Source: Klebsormidium nitens
Taxonomy: Eukaryota; Plantae; Klebsormidiophyceae
Reading direction: 5' to 3'
Length of the DNA: 64,000 nt
Assembly (NCBI GenBank): GCA_000708835.1
Contig: DF237182.1
Span: 62,001 to 126,000, forward strand
In this document: positions 23,013 through 35,842 of the stretch, one piece after another
Layout of the letters: each line of letters begins with the position of its first letter
Numbering within the stretch: the stretch's first letter is position 1
Program-made: the position numbers and the translations under genes
Notes under the pieces: generated by a model
Told to the model about the DNA's origin: nothing
The model's input: the letters and a program-made list of their open reading frames with translations, nothing else
Databases searched by the model: none

Positions 23013-24359
23013 GTGCTGGTCTCTTAACTTTGTTCTGTACCTGCTCTGGAGCTAGGCCAGAGCTAACCTTGCTTTTCGAGACAATGTAAACACGTTGAAG
23101 CACGCGCCGACGGGGAGACACATGTAGCAATCTTATATAGCATAAGTTTCGAGAGTGTATCATAGCCACCGTTATGCAGTCAATGTAGTGTACGACAGGG
23201 TTGTCCAATTGTGAGTAAATAGGTAATATGCATAGATCCTTAACTAAAGACAGGCATGCTCGTTGTGGACGGTGGCTCGAAATTGGACTAAATACGTACA
23301 TAGCTTATCATCTTCTACCTAACGCTTGCATTGCGCTCTGCATTTATGTGTGCACTTTTTGAGCTTGACTGGTGGCATGTAACCATGTTTGACGCGCATA
23401 CATCGGGCCCCTCCTTTATGCAGTGAATCACGCACTCTGCAGCAGCCGCACGCTATACATACTAGGCGCCCAAGTAGCTTCGACGATAAAGAATCCTGAA
23501 AAGATCCTATCTGATCGAAATTGGCGGGTCGAGGCGCTGGCTTGCCGCGCCTAGATAACTTGCGTGCAGCAGCCTTTATTTGTGGCGCATAGTCAAGAGC
23601 TAAGAGCTAGTGACATACGCGGTACTTAGCAGGTGCTTTGATGGATCACTACATGAGTAATGCTTCAAGTGTCCATGCATGCAGCCGCGCCATGGACGCG
23701 TGCAGAATCGATGTGTTATGTGGCACTATATAGCAGTAAGTTTGTACTACGCGTGGCCCTATTGCACCAAGCCTGAACGTACGTCCCATCGATAGGCAGC
23801 AATTGAGGGTCGATAAGTTTGTACGGCAGCTAGATCAATCACGTATACAAATAAGCAGACTCACAAGCACATGCGCATGATATGTACCATGTACAAGTAC
23901 ATAAGTGCATTGTCTGGCCGATGCTGCTCTCGAAGCCTAGTCACCACATTTAGACTACAACGCACGTACATGACCGTCGATGAGCGCGTGCTTGTGTATT
24001 TGTATAGATCCTCGTCATGTGTGCACTCGTCGGGCTCAATCCAAAAACATGTCGAAACCTGATCGAATTGGATGAAGGGGCATCAGCTGCCAGGTTCTCT
24101 CCAGGATCATCGGCCAAAAATTCGTTTTCAACATCTAGGATGTCAAGAAGTTGCATGAGCTGTTGCTCAAGATTTGTGCCTGAGAATCACACTGACCAGA
24201 TTAGTGCTCCTATTGCACCCAACCACGCCGCAATTAATGAGTACAGCGGAGCTAAGCAGCAACTCGTTACTTTATGAGTAGCCCGTCATGCAAGGTCGCC
24301 AAAAGTCCACGGGCAGCAGGGGAGTAAGGTCCTCGGCAGCAACCTCAACAGCTAGGCGA

Positions 24360-26745
24360 TTATTTACACCCAACCTCAACGCGCGCATCCTCTCCGAGGG
24401 TGGGGTTCTTGCACAGGTTTTGCACGTCGATGTAGCCTAGAAGAGCATCCTCAAATGTGGCGCCCTCCAAGTTGGCGCCCACGTATGTGGCCCCGGAGAG
24501 GACAGTGTTTCTGAAGATGGCGCCCCTGAGGTCCGCCTTCTCGAAAGCAACACGGTCTACCACTGCGCTAGTAAAATCGGTTCCTGAACAAGAAACATTT
24601 GGTCAAAATGCGTTTTGAACCAAAAGTATTTCAAGGTGAGGGAGTCTCATGAAGATCCTTCAAATCAGAAGTACTCTATCAGCCTACTAGCTGCCACTAA
24701 GGTTTGAAAAGCTGACGACTTCTCTCGAATGCGGTATTCTCCATTAGAATGTGCTCCATAAGTTGCGGATGCACCCAATTCTGGTTGTGTAAAAGCGTTC
24801 TCCAGAGGCCAGCAGTTCGTTTGCTGCAAGCCACATGAGACGATCATGGTGGTATGATACTTGAAACATGGTTGAAACCAGAAGAAAGCAAAAGCCTGTT
24901 TTAGAATCAGACGAAATCTTCACGAATACTTACCCTTGAAGCTAGCACCTACTGCATACGCCTTGGTCATGATTGACTCAGACAAATCCGCATTATCGAA
25001 GTTGGCCCCCGGCAGGAGCGCTGACGCCAGGACCTTCCCCTTGAGCTGCTCCTTCTCACCCGTGTAGACGCAGTTACGCAAGTCAAGCACTTTGTCAGAC
25101 ACACCGTTTGCCTGCAGTAGAAAGTGGTGTCGCTTACATATGCAGGAGAGCAGGTTGTCACCAGCCTCGTACAACAGACAAGATCGTAGCAGAAACTGTG
25201 ACAGCAGGGTACTCAAAAGAAGCAGGTTAGCAAGGCGTTTTATCAATTCGACTGATGCCCTGAGCTAACAGAGTAGCTGTTGTGCGGGGAACAAAAGGTG
25301 GCTCTGGATAGTGGGTTTAGCTTGTCTTCCATTGTGCGACAGGAGACTTCCAGGAAATTTGGGATAAGCTCATGATATCCCCTCAGGATACCAAGTATCC
25401 CGGATTGCAGTGTCCAGTGATTATATACAGCTGTCTAAGGGTGAGTAGAATTTCGATGTGTTCAGCTTCAAACATAAAGATGCAACTTGCCGAACAAGAG
25501 TCAAAGAATTTGCATCATTGGGGTTTGAGGTCAGGTCAAAAGGTGCCCTACCTGTCCAATGGTGTTGCCTACATACGCTCTCTCGCACCGGTTGGGGTCC
25601 GTCGAAAGGGGAGGAAGCCTGGCTCCTGATGAGCTCGCAGCTAAAGCCGGAACGGCAGCCCCCGCAAGAGTGAGGGCAGCGCAGGCGCCGCAGACCATCT
25701 GGCGGACAGACTTTGACCACTGCTCAACCGACTGTGCTTCTGTGGACTTGGCTGCAAGAGGAAAGTCGTTCTAGGATCCAGCAGGACCGCTCTGCAAACC
25801 GTCTTCTGGAAAAAACTATGCCAACATCACGATGTGGAATGATGTGGATTATCCCGCTAGACTGTGCAACACGGTGGTTACGTCTGTTGCCAAAGGGGCC
25901 ACAAATCGAGTACGTTGAGATTGTCTGCAACATTCAGTGACAACTCAGAGGTCCCGTCAACCACAACAAACCCCATAAGCTGGAGCCAGCTGTCTGCCTT
26001 CTGTATTGGCATATACGCCTCTTCCCATTGTGCACTGCAGCAATCTTGAAGTGCATCACAAAATACGTACGAACAAGAGGAATGCAGAAAGCATCATCCG
26101 GATCCCAAATCATAGATGCAAGCCTCCTTGTTTCAAAGTGATCGATGAGGTGTAGCAAAAGTGCAGGAAGCATCGATGGCTTGGTGGTGGTCAAAAGAAA
26201 AACATAAGTGCACGAGTGACAAGTACGACAAGTTGAGTTTGGAGATATGCGAATAAGCATCAGACCTGAACTTGGACTCAGCACCATCAAAGCACAACTC
26301 CAGATGTACAAGACATTCTTACAGACACCACCGGCAATTTCTTACTTTGTATGCCAGAATCAAATGTAACGAAAACTTCTCCAATCCGAGCCGGCATTGT
26401 GGTGCCACTTGTCGAGTAGACTTCGCAATGTTTCTAAGTGACTGCAACTCTACATGCAAGTGCTGGCAATAACCGCACTCAAACTGACGGCCCGAACAGA
26501 CTTCGCAACACCAGATTCAACTTGGTGAATTGGTGAACTCAAAAGCCAGCAACACAAAAAAGGGCAATGCAGCAAGCCGTACCAGCGCTCCTCGCCAAGA
26601 AAGGTTGCTGACGCTTGATGAGAGGAGCGCTGCTTGGGCTCACAATCCTCTGGCCATTGAACTCCTTCCGGAAATTTGCCAGGCTGCCAACTCTCTGCTG
26701 CATTAGACCTGCAGCACTTCCTGTGACGCACGCACTGGACGCCAT
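24360..26745 (-). CDS. TL17: Thylakoid lumenal 17.4 kDa pentapeptide-repeat protein (4 exons: 26745-26583, 25751-25552, 25111-24934, 24583-24360)
   Basis: RLPPLSTDPNRCERAYVGNTIGQANGVSDKVLDLRNC...KAYAVGASFKG...FRNTVLSG...GYIDVQNLCKN...VGCK closely follows Arabidopsis TL17.4. It has a bipartite transit peptide ending AVPALA, and splice phases are consistent. Confidence 0.95.
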
Positions 26746-27304
26746 CGCTGCCTCGTACTTTAGCACAGCCACACGACAGAGAAAGCCTCAACAGCGTCTT
26801 CTGCCTTTGGTCTTCAAATGCTGATGGCAATGCCGTCTCTCTCTCCTGTCCTGAATCCCCTCTTGACAATGAATGGTCGGAACGTGCCCTTCTCTGAAAG
26901 TTGGGAGTGCGCCGTGGGGGCTCACGAGTCGTGTGCTCCCTTAAACCCCCCAGTTCGAACCTCAGTCTCAGACCTTGGTGTCACGTTCCTTCCGGCGCCT
27001 TTTGATTTGTATTTCTTGACACCTATGGAAGCTGACCGCGACCGGTTACGAGATAACCCTTGGAGAATCTCTAAAATGGGAAGCAGCTCTGCTGTGAATC
27101 AGAAATGAACAAAATATCCAGCCTGATCCAGCCGCTCAAGCTCAGGGTAGAAGGAAGGAATGTTGCACTTTTGGCTTTTCAATCTGCTTGAATCCACAGC
27201 ATTCGCATGGGAGGTAGCGCTTGATGAATGCATAGACGGTGCAGGGACACGTTGAAAGTCACCTGACAGGTTGCTCCAGCTGGGAGGAGTCATCAGCTCA
27301 AAGA

Positions 27305-30300
27305 ATGGGTTCTCGCAGCAAGGTCAGTGCGACATTTGAACATCATCTTTTGTTATCTTGATACAATTGCTTCTGACTGTGTCTCTGTTTGCAACGCAGC
27401 TTGGATGTTACAGGACAGGAAGAGGAGTAGCGATCTTGGAACATGCATCATTTTGTGGTAGAGTGGTAGAGTGTCGACTCTGGTGGCCTCAATAAGGTTT
27501 GTGTGTTGCTGCAGGACACGACAGTGATCCTTCTCGATGTGAGCACATCGATGCACCCGCACCTCCAAGAAACGATCCGCTGCTTACAAGGTTATCTCCA
27601 ACAAAAGGTGCAGCCACCACCACTAACTATAATTGGTTTTAAGATTGGTTGGAATAAGCTCAAGTCAGAATTCTGGAGCGGGTGGGCTTTAACGAGGCGG
27701 TTTAAAGTGGGTACGGGTGTGTAGCTTCACTTGTAGTATAACCTGAGCTCATCATGGATAATCTAGGGAACCATTCAAACATGTACCACCATATTGCCAC
27801 ATGCAATGAAAAAGCAGAGTGGCAAGCGTAGCTGCAATCTGTCCAGATGTATGGCCTCTCTTACGTGTTTTTGCGACGCACCATCGTATAAGTGCGCACG
27901 TCAAACACTGCTGCAACAAGTTGGCAGCCTTCAATTCGAAGTGTACAAGCTAAAGTAAAGATGCTTTGCTTTGTTGTTTCATCAATGGACGCCACTGCAT
28001 TAGCAGTTGAGCCCCACACTTATGCCCACCTGTGATGTCGGATAACTCAAGGAACTTTGAAGGAAAGCTTTTTCCAGGTAAGGAAGTAATCTTCTACCGG
28101 AACCTTGACGTTCGCTCTCTGTGGCCCGCAGTTCCTTTCTGCGAGTGGTCAGAAGGATGAAGTGGGGCTTGTCCTGTTTGGCTGCGACTATACGGACAAC
28201 GACCTGAATGAGCAGATGGGAGGATACGAGGGGGTGATTGTGGCGAACCCCATCCAGCCAGTCAACTTGAACTTTGTGAAGCAGCTGGACACTCTCCCCA
28301 AAGGAGATGGAACAGCTGACTGTATCCCCAGTATCAACAGCTTAGTTGACTGTTTGCTAAAGAATACTCAAGAGTCAGCACTTGTCATCAAGTGTACCAT
28401 TGGATTTCGATTCTGGTCCAAGCTGTCGTCAGAAGCATCTTGTATTGTATCTCGGTGCAGATAAGTTCAAGCGAAGAAAGCCTTTGTAGAAGTTTGTGTT
28501 TCATGTTCCCGGTTCTTGAACTTGACCCCAAACCAGTCCTCGATGCGGTGGTGGTTGGGTTGGGCCTCCTTATTGAGCGAGCGGGCGACAAAAAGCTTGC
28601 TGGCAAAAAGCGCCTGTGGCTACTCACGAATCTCGAGTCCCCAGTGAAAGAGCCGGCTGAAGGGACGATTGAGGAACAAGCAGCCACAATTGCAGGCAAG
28701 TGACGAAGCCAGAGATTTTACGTTATGCCTCCCTGACTGCCCCCCTGATAATCCCTTAAGCGTAGATAATGACTTCTTTTCCAAAGGTCTTCAACACAAA
28801 TCATCTTTTGAAAGTAGTCGCTCTTTGCCAGGCTGTATGAGTTCATCTCGGGCCTGAGTTAGCCGGTTTCGGTGGAGGGTTCTTCACATTTCTGATGACA
28901 TCCGTTGCTTGACAATCTGCGTATCCCACGTTGGCATCATTTGTCCCTAACACAGCCAATTCCCAGGGCCACAAACATGCTTTCCAACATCATTCTGACC
29001 GCATCTTTTTCACAATGTTTCGCGCTTTACTTACCGCTATATCTAGATGCAGCCGGAGTCGGCTGGCCTGATTAGCCAAACGACAGAGAGGTGAAAATCG
29101 TTTGCAGGCACAATGGTCGAGAAGGAGATCAGGTTAGAAGTCACGCGCATCCACTTCAAGCAAGAGGTGCAGACATCAACGAGCATCCAAAACGAGATTC
29201 TTCTTCGAAGGTTTGTTGGCGAAACCCACGGCCAGATACAGACGGTGTCAAGCGCACTAGCTCTAAGCGGCACACTGGCGACAGCAACACCAGCCAAAGC
29301 CCCAACAACGACCTACAGAGGGCCCTTGGAGGTCACGCCGAATTTGAAAATCAACGTGAGCCATTTTGCGGTCATGGCATCTCGAGGTCACACGTCGAAG
29401 GTCTAGAGTGCTTTTTGCTTCTTGTGGAGTCTCTCCGACTACGTTAAGCTCAATATTAGAGACTCGAAGTTCGATTCAACTCGATCAGGTGGTTGTTCCG
29501 GAGGCGGCTGGTGCGTCTGTTTCTGGAGGTTGACTCTGGCACAAGTCACTCATAGAGGCGAACACTTTCGTTGACCTGAAAGAAGGGCCTGACAATAGAC
29601 TACAACAGTTGGTGCATAAGTCAAACGATTGTTCTTGCTGGCGACTCACTCGATGTTAAGGGCACTGGTGTATTGCGACTCTGCCGGAATGGACGTCAGA
29701 ATGGAAGGTAACCGACGCTCGTACCAAGCAGGCAAATAAGACTAGAGTACTAATATCATCCGCCTGACTACAGATCTGGTGCTACAAGAAGACGGTCGAG
29801 GCGAAGCTCCCGTCGCTCAAGGGCTACTCGGACCGCGCCCCCGCGAGCGACCCCACCGCCCAGCACGAGATGGAGCGCATCACGGCGTATAAGAGCACGG
29901 CGGATCCTGACAGAGAGGTGCCCCCGGCAGAGCATACGAAGGCGTACCGCTATGGCCCGCAATTCATTCCGGTGGATCAGCACGTAGAGGAGGGGCTGAA
30001 GTTTCGAGCGGACAAGGGGGTCAAGGTCATCGGGTTTACGCACTCCAAGCACGTCCCCAGGTAACGGGCTCTCCTCGTAATCGTTTTCTTTGTCCGTCTC
30101 TCGTTGTTGCTCCGACTTCAACGTTGTTTGGCCTCTCTATTGCTCGCGCAATTTCAGTTCCTCAGCGGGGGGGGCGTCTTCGGCTCGATTCTTCTGAGCG
30201 ACCGCTTCAATCTCTTTGCTCTCTTCTTCTTGTCTTGTCCGCTCTCCCGTCTCTTTATACGATTGGTTCGACAGGTTCGAAGCAGTGGGCCTCACGTCCA

Positions 30301-33300
30301 GCAACTTGCCCCTGGCCTGCTCAACTGTCCGAACAATGTTTCTAGCAATTGTGTCCCCGCCTGACCTTACCAACCAGCGGCCAACAAGGCGAAGAAAAGT
30401 CTCGGCGCTATCATTGCTGCGCCAAGCCCGCCGACGGCATATCGCAAATATTCGTCCCGTTTCGTTTCCGTTCTGCATTCTTTCCTTCACGTGAAAGGAA
30501 AAGGCCAGTCACCTTGGGCAAAACCGCTCTGATCCAAAACCTCCTCGCACCCACAGGCACCTATTCATGAAGGACAGCAACGTGTTCATCGCCGAGCCGA
30601 CCAACGAGACGGCGGCCGTGTCCTTCTCGGCGCTCGTGCGTGCCATGCACCAGACCCACCGGGTCGCCATCTTGCGATGCGTGTACCGCGCCAACCAAGG
30701 CAGCGTGGCGCTGTCCGTGGGGACGCCCTGCCCCGCGGAGGAGGACCACCTCGTGAGTCGGTTCGCCGTTATGTGGCTTCTAGGAGGAAGTAGGACTAGC
30801 GACTTTGTGGGTCTAGTAGGAAACAAGAATCTTTGGACGCTTTATGTGCTTCAGAAAGATTGACGGCCCCATTGTGCTGCTCGACAGAAGGGAATGTCAG
30901 TCTGCACAGGGACGCAATCAGACCAGTTCAGGGTCGAATCGCCTGAGCAGATCTGGCATCTCTGAAGATGGTTGCTCGTCAATCTTGCGAATTTTATGAA
31001 AATGATCATTTGTGAGGCGACCGTACTCCCGTCTCTGACGCCCTGCGAAGACCACTCGATCGTTTGCTCCGTCCCCTTGCTACAAACGAACTGTCTCCTT
31101 GGCCGAACCTTGTCGAAATTGCGAGCCGCGACATCGATGTCACATGGATCCGCTCACACTGACGTCACCTTCCTCGCAGCCGGACTCGCTGATCGTGAAC
31201 CAGCTCCCGTTCGCGGAGGACGTCCGGGAGTACCCGTTTCTGGCGCTGGCTGACCAGCCCGAGAGCAAGCAGCCCAGCCTTGAGCAAATGGACCTAGCAG
31301 AGCAGCTCGTGCAGAAGCTGGATCTCGCGCCCGCGGCGGGAGAGGAACTGCTGGCGCCAGAGGCCACGCCCAACCCCACGCTCGAGGTAAACACTTGTAG
31401 CGAATTGGAGGTCTTGGTTCTTACGGCCTATAGCACCATTGGATGCGTCACGTCATTTGGAGTCCGCTCGTAGAGTCAGCAACGATGTTTATCATTCTGC
31501 TTATGAACAGAATGAAAATGAAGAAGATCCTGCGTTCCTGCTGGATGTTTTGGGGAGCTTTTCCGCTGCCGTTCTCTGCTATGAAAGTCATCAGATGTTT
31601 CATCCGAGAAGGATACTGTCTGTACAGACCCTTGGAGGCCAGCCAGATTCCAGCCTCGGAAGTGGACGCGAAACGCTCCGGTAGTTCCCTTTACCCCCGA
31701 TCCTGATCATCACAAAACGGCAGTGTGCGTGTGCATCCGATGAAGCTTTTACCGATCCGCTTGCAACAATTTGACTCATTCTTATTCACTTGTTCAATCG
31801 CTGCAGCGGTTTTACAACTTCCTTCATAAGCGGGCCGTCGAGCCAGAAGCGGCGCTTCCGCCCATCACCCCCACTGCCCGCGCTGTCATCGAGCCGCCGC
31901 CCCGACTCCTCGAAGCCGCCACTCCTCTCATCGAAGACTTCCAGACCAAGTTCAGCCTTACCGTTGCTGCCATTGTGAGAAAGTTTCGCCCTGCAATTTC
32001 CTGGGGACACCTTGGCCACGTCTGCATGGATATTCATTGTGTCCAGCAATCAAAACAGTCGCTTATGCTTACCGTGATTAGAATAGTGAGCAATATGCTT
32101 TACTGCGCTTTAGTAGCCACCATTCCAATTGCATCACCTTAGGAGAAACCGAGTCCGCTCATCTGAGATTCTATTGTCTAGCTCTTTTGACCCTTTCTGC
32201 ATCGGTTCCCGGATCGATGAGTGATTGGAAATGAATGACATTGGTGATACATTCTGTCTTTGACTAGGGCAGTGGTATCAAAGGCTGTGCTTCAAGTGCG
32301 CCGCTCTGCTGCCGCCCTCAGAAGGACCGTTAACAGATTACGTCGATACGGGGTCCTCTGTCTAATCATAGTCACGTCCTCTGCTTTACCTCGTCTGCTG
32401 CGAGCGCTGCTTTCTGACAAAGCTGCTTCAAACAGTTTCTCCTGAGCTGCTAACCTCTCAGCGTTAGATGTCAACCTGTCCTCATTTCGAGAACGAAGGG
32501 GGTCGCAGAACGAACTCATGCAAAATTGCACTCCTTCTTGGCAGGAGGACAAGCCGTCCTGGCGAGGACGAGTCCCTCTCCAACATGTCAACTTTCAGTA
32601 AGGGGTCTTGGTTATCATCCTACAAACATTCTGCGTCTTTCTTCCTGACAGGAGGACAAGCCGTCCAAGCGCTTCTGGCGCGACCGCCACGCGGGCCAGG
32701 ACGAGGCCCCCGGCCAGCTGGACAACGGCGCGAGCACGAGCGGCACGGCCGCGGACCCCATCTCGCTGGACGATCTCGCGGCGCGGAAAGTGGACGAGGT
32801 TGGGACGGTGAACCCGGTGCAGGACTTCAATTCCATGATCGCGCGCACGGACGACCCGAACCTGATACCCAAGGTACTTGCGGAAACGGCAAGATGTTGG
32901 TGCTGTAATGCTTCTAAGCTTGCACAACGTGCCTTACTTCTCTTTCTTCAGTTTCTTGCTGCGGTGCCAGTCAGCAATCAATTTTAGGGAAGTCTCCGGC
33001 AGAGGACTTGGGGTTATCTGCTTATGTGGCGGGTTATGTCAAACGCCATCGTGCAGATTCCGCAGAGGGTGCAGTTGAATCCGGGGCCACTTAACGAACT
33101 ATGCTAGCAACTTGTAATGCAAAGTCTTTGTTCGAGTCTATAACTCCAATTCTTGAACGAGAAAATTTACTTCAGGAATGTGTGTGTGGAAGACCTTTGA
33201 TATGGATTGCCGCCGGGCTCTTCTCTTTGCAGGCCATCAAGGGCATGAAGGACGTCATCGACAACCTGGTGACGCAAGCATACCAGGGCAACACGTACGA

Positions 33301-34190
33301 CCAAGCGCTGGAGTGCTTACGAGCGTTGCGACGAGGGTGCATCCTGCAAAGCGTGAGCACTTTGTCGACTTGTCTTCCGAAGAGAGTACTCTTGAGAGTG
33401 CCCAGAACCTGAGGAGGCGTGTTAATAAGAGCACGAGTGCGCGGTGTCGCAAATGTAACGGAATATCCCCTTCGATCCCCGCACGCTGCCTTATCCTTAC
33501 GCTCTCTTGAGTTGAGGCTTGCATCACGAGCAAGGCTCGGAAGCTGCTACGGAGTTCCGCTACTTTCAAATGCAGGAACCACTGGAGTTCAACAGCTACC
33601 TAAGAGAAATAGCAGCCCGATCAAAGGGGAAGCGGCAGCACGACTTCTGGGAGCGACTGGTCAAGAACCAGCTGACGCTGATTAACCGGGACGAGGAGCC
33701 TGACAGGTGGGGACCATTCTCTGACTTTCTGTGCGGGTTGCAGAAAGGTTGATTCACAGGCTTTCACACGGGAACACAGGTCATCAACGCTGAGCACAAT
33801 TAACTGAATCGAATTGAGTTTACCGTAACGTATGTGAGCCGTCAGTCCAAGTTCAGATAGTCAAGGAGGAAAAGCTGAGGGTGCCCTTGGACACGTTTGA
33901 TGAGATTTCCAGTACCTTTGCCGATGACGTCACGTCTGTCGAACGGACGGTGCATGGACTTTCAAGCTTCAAGTTAGGGCAACGTGAATGCTCCAAGTGC
34001 CAGAAGTAAAGCCGAGATCTGGAGTGTTTTCTGACACGTTTGGACTTGCATGTCCTACAGCGACGTCTTACCAGAGGAAGCGCAGAAGTTTTTGACGGAG
34101 GCCGAGGCCAAGCCGCCGTCTGCGGTTGAGGAGCCAGAGAAGGATGAAGAAGTCGACGAGATGGCTGAACTTCTGGACATGGCAGAATAA
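27305..34190 (+). CDS. KU80: Ku80, NHEJ DNA end-binding subunit (722 aa, 13 exons: 27305-27322, 27515-27607, 28132-28321, 28537-28695, 29108-29355, 29774-30060, 30557-30752, 31180-31386, 31807-31974, 32652-32873, 33233-33352, 33576-33706, 34061-34190)
   Basis: vWA domain (ILLDVS, DEVGLVLFG, DFLDAVVVG), core (KAYRYGPQFIP, LPFAEDVREYPF, PNPTLERFY) and C-terminal domain (VGTVNPVQDFNSM, ALECLRALRRGC). CDS is 2169 nt, in frame. Confidence 0.96.
28696..29107 (+). other. Non-canonical GC-AG intron in Ku80
   Basis: Donor AG|GCAAGT. Only this phase-1 junction joins ...ATIA to GTMVEKEIRLEV; read-through hits TGA. Confidence 0.8.
32542..32666 (+). repeat. Duplicated 3' splice site plus exon start in a Ku80 intron
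   Basis: caggaggacaagccgtcc is identical at 32542-32559 and 32649-32666; upstream gtcaac...aaggggtc...caaa.att similarity extends the unit to about 107 bp. Confidence 0.85.
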
Positions 34191-35416
34191 AAGGTTGTGC
34201 TTTCTCACTTGAGATCAGTGGTTCTATACCGGCTATACAAGCTGAAAGAAATATTGTCGGAGGGTCGGGCTGCATGGCAGTCCGATACAGGAGCAACGGT
34301 AGGCCGGTTATCTGGAATAAGAGTTACGGACAAAGGTCCATCAATAAGTCTGTACATATGCGACATTTGATACATAGGTTCTGTTGCGAAGAGACCAGTT
34401 TGTCTTAGGTTCTGGTCCATGCCACCATGCGAAGCAACTCATTACCACTGGGCATGAGCCGCATCATAAACAATCCTGCAGATCGCGAGGCGATTCAGCA
34501 CTGCACGTTGCTCCGATTACATAGATTGTTGAACCTATGATGCCGCCAACAGCATCATAAATGGCTCCTGCTGTAAGTTCAATTGCAGACATAATATAGA
34601 CAATCCAAAGACCCAAGTGCAGGAACTGTGCTGATTATATTAGGCACGCATGGAAAAGGTGAGGTTTGTTTTTGCATGTGCACACATGCACCTATAGCTC
34701 TAACATGTGATAGCGCTTACTAATCACGCCTAATATTCAGCATAAGTACATGTTTGAGAAGTTACCCTTAGAGGCCCTAGCATTAGAGCTGGAAATCTTG
34801 CTCACTAGCTTCAGTCATGTTCATTGTAGAATCCACATAGTCCATGCACATGTAGATAGACTGTACAACGGCACCATCCAATTGTCGTGTCGCGACGAAT
34901 CGACGTTACGTGTTCCTCAAGTCGATGATCGCTTTGCCACAAAGCTTGCTGGTTATAGGAGGATTGAAGCTGGAATTGTCGGAGCATCATTGCGCACACA
35001 GCCAATGGCCAAAATTCATGTGCAACTCTTTGCGGTGCCTTTTGCAAAGCGTCTACCTACATGGAAGACCGACTACAACACTGTCGGACAAACGCAATCA
35101 GCCATGTATGAAGAAATGTCGCTGCCAACCACGGCCCAAGCCAGTTTGAACTTGGCTGCAGAAATATGCAGAAATCCCAAGAGAGGATTCCGTTTGTTCT
35201 ATTAGTAGGCGCTCCAAAGCCTACTTGTTCCCAGCTTGTCGGCTACGTTCCTCCAATTGACATTGAATCACAGGAAGCTGCTTGTCGTCCACTCTGATTC
35301 TTCACAAGTTGAATGAGTGACACAATCCTAGTTGAGCACAAACCGTAAGGTAAGCATTCGTTGCAACCCATGTCAGTCAGCTTTCACACCCCAGATTCAA
35401 GCTTTGCCCTTCCCTG

Positions 35417-35842
35417 CTATTGCACAAGCACCCCCGGTCCCTGCCCTTCGCCGCTCTCTTGCTGCGCCCTCCGCACCTCCTTTTCGTTCTTATACCTGAT
35501 CTTGTACTTTGTTTGAAACTCCCCCAGCTCCTTCTTCTTCTTCTCAAACTGCTCGCTCAGCGTCTTCACAATCTGCGCCAGATTGTCTCTGTTTGCCGTC
35601 ACTGCCGGCAGCACCTCTTTCACCGTTCTTTCTACAAGCACGCTCCCCACGAGGCGGTAGCACTTCCGCGATGGCTCTAGGGGATCCAGGGTGGATACCA
35701 CCATGTTGTGCTCAACTTTCTCGCTCTCTAGTTCCTGCAGCTTGGCAAACAGGTTTTGCAGCTCGTTTTGGAGCTCCATGTAGCGGCGCACAATTGCCTC
35801 CTCGGAGTTTAGGCCCACGCTCTCGTTGCTACTGCTGGCCAT
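35417..35842 (-). CDS. PFD2: Prefoldin subunit 2 (141 aa, intronless CDS)
   Basis: KLQELESEKVEHNMVVSTLDPLEPSRKCYRLVGSVLVERTVKEVLPAV is the prefoldin beta PFD2 signature. An acceptor-like tctacag|G directly precedes the ATG, implying a 5'-UTR intron. Confidence 0.95.
   Translation of the reverse strand: MASSSNESVGLNSEEAIVRRYMELQNELQNLFAKLQELESEKVEHNMVVSTLDPLEPSRKCYRLVGSVLVERTVKEVLPAVTANRDNLAQIVKTLSEQFEKKKKELGEFQTKYKIRYKNEKEVRRAQQESGEGQGPGVLVQ

Noticed and set aside
27305-34190. Functional link between Ku80 (NHEJ creates transposon footprints) and the footprint island
   Set aside because: They are about 23 kb apart with unrelated genes between; nothing in the sequence links them
34750-35205. 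151-aa ORF between Ku80 and PFD2
   Set aside because: No motif, non-coding-like composition, no splice partners; it lies in the convergent 3' UTR zone
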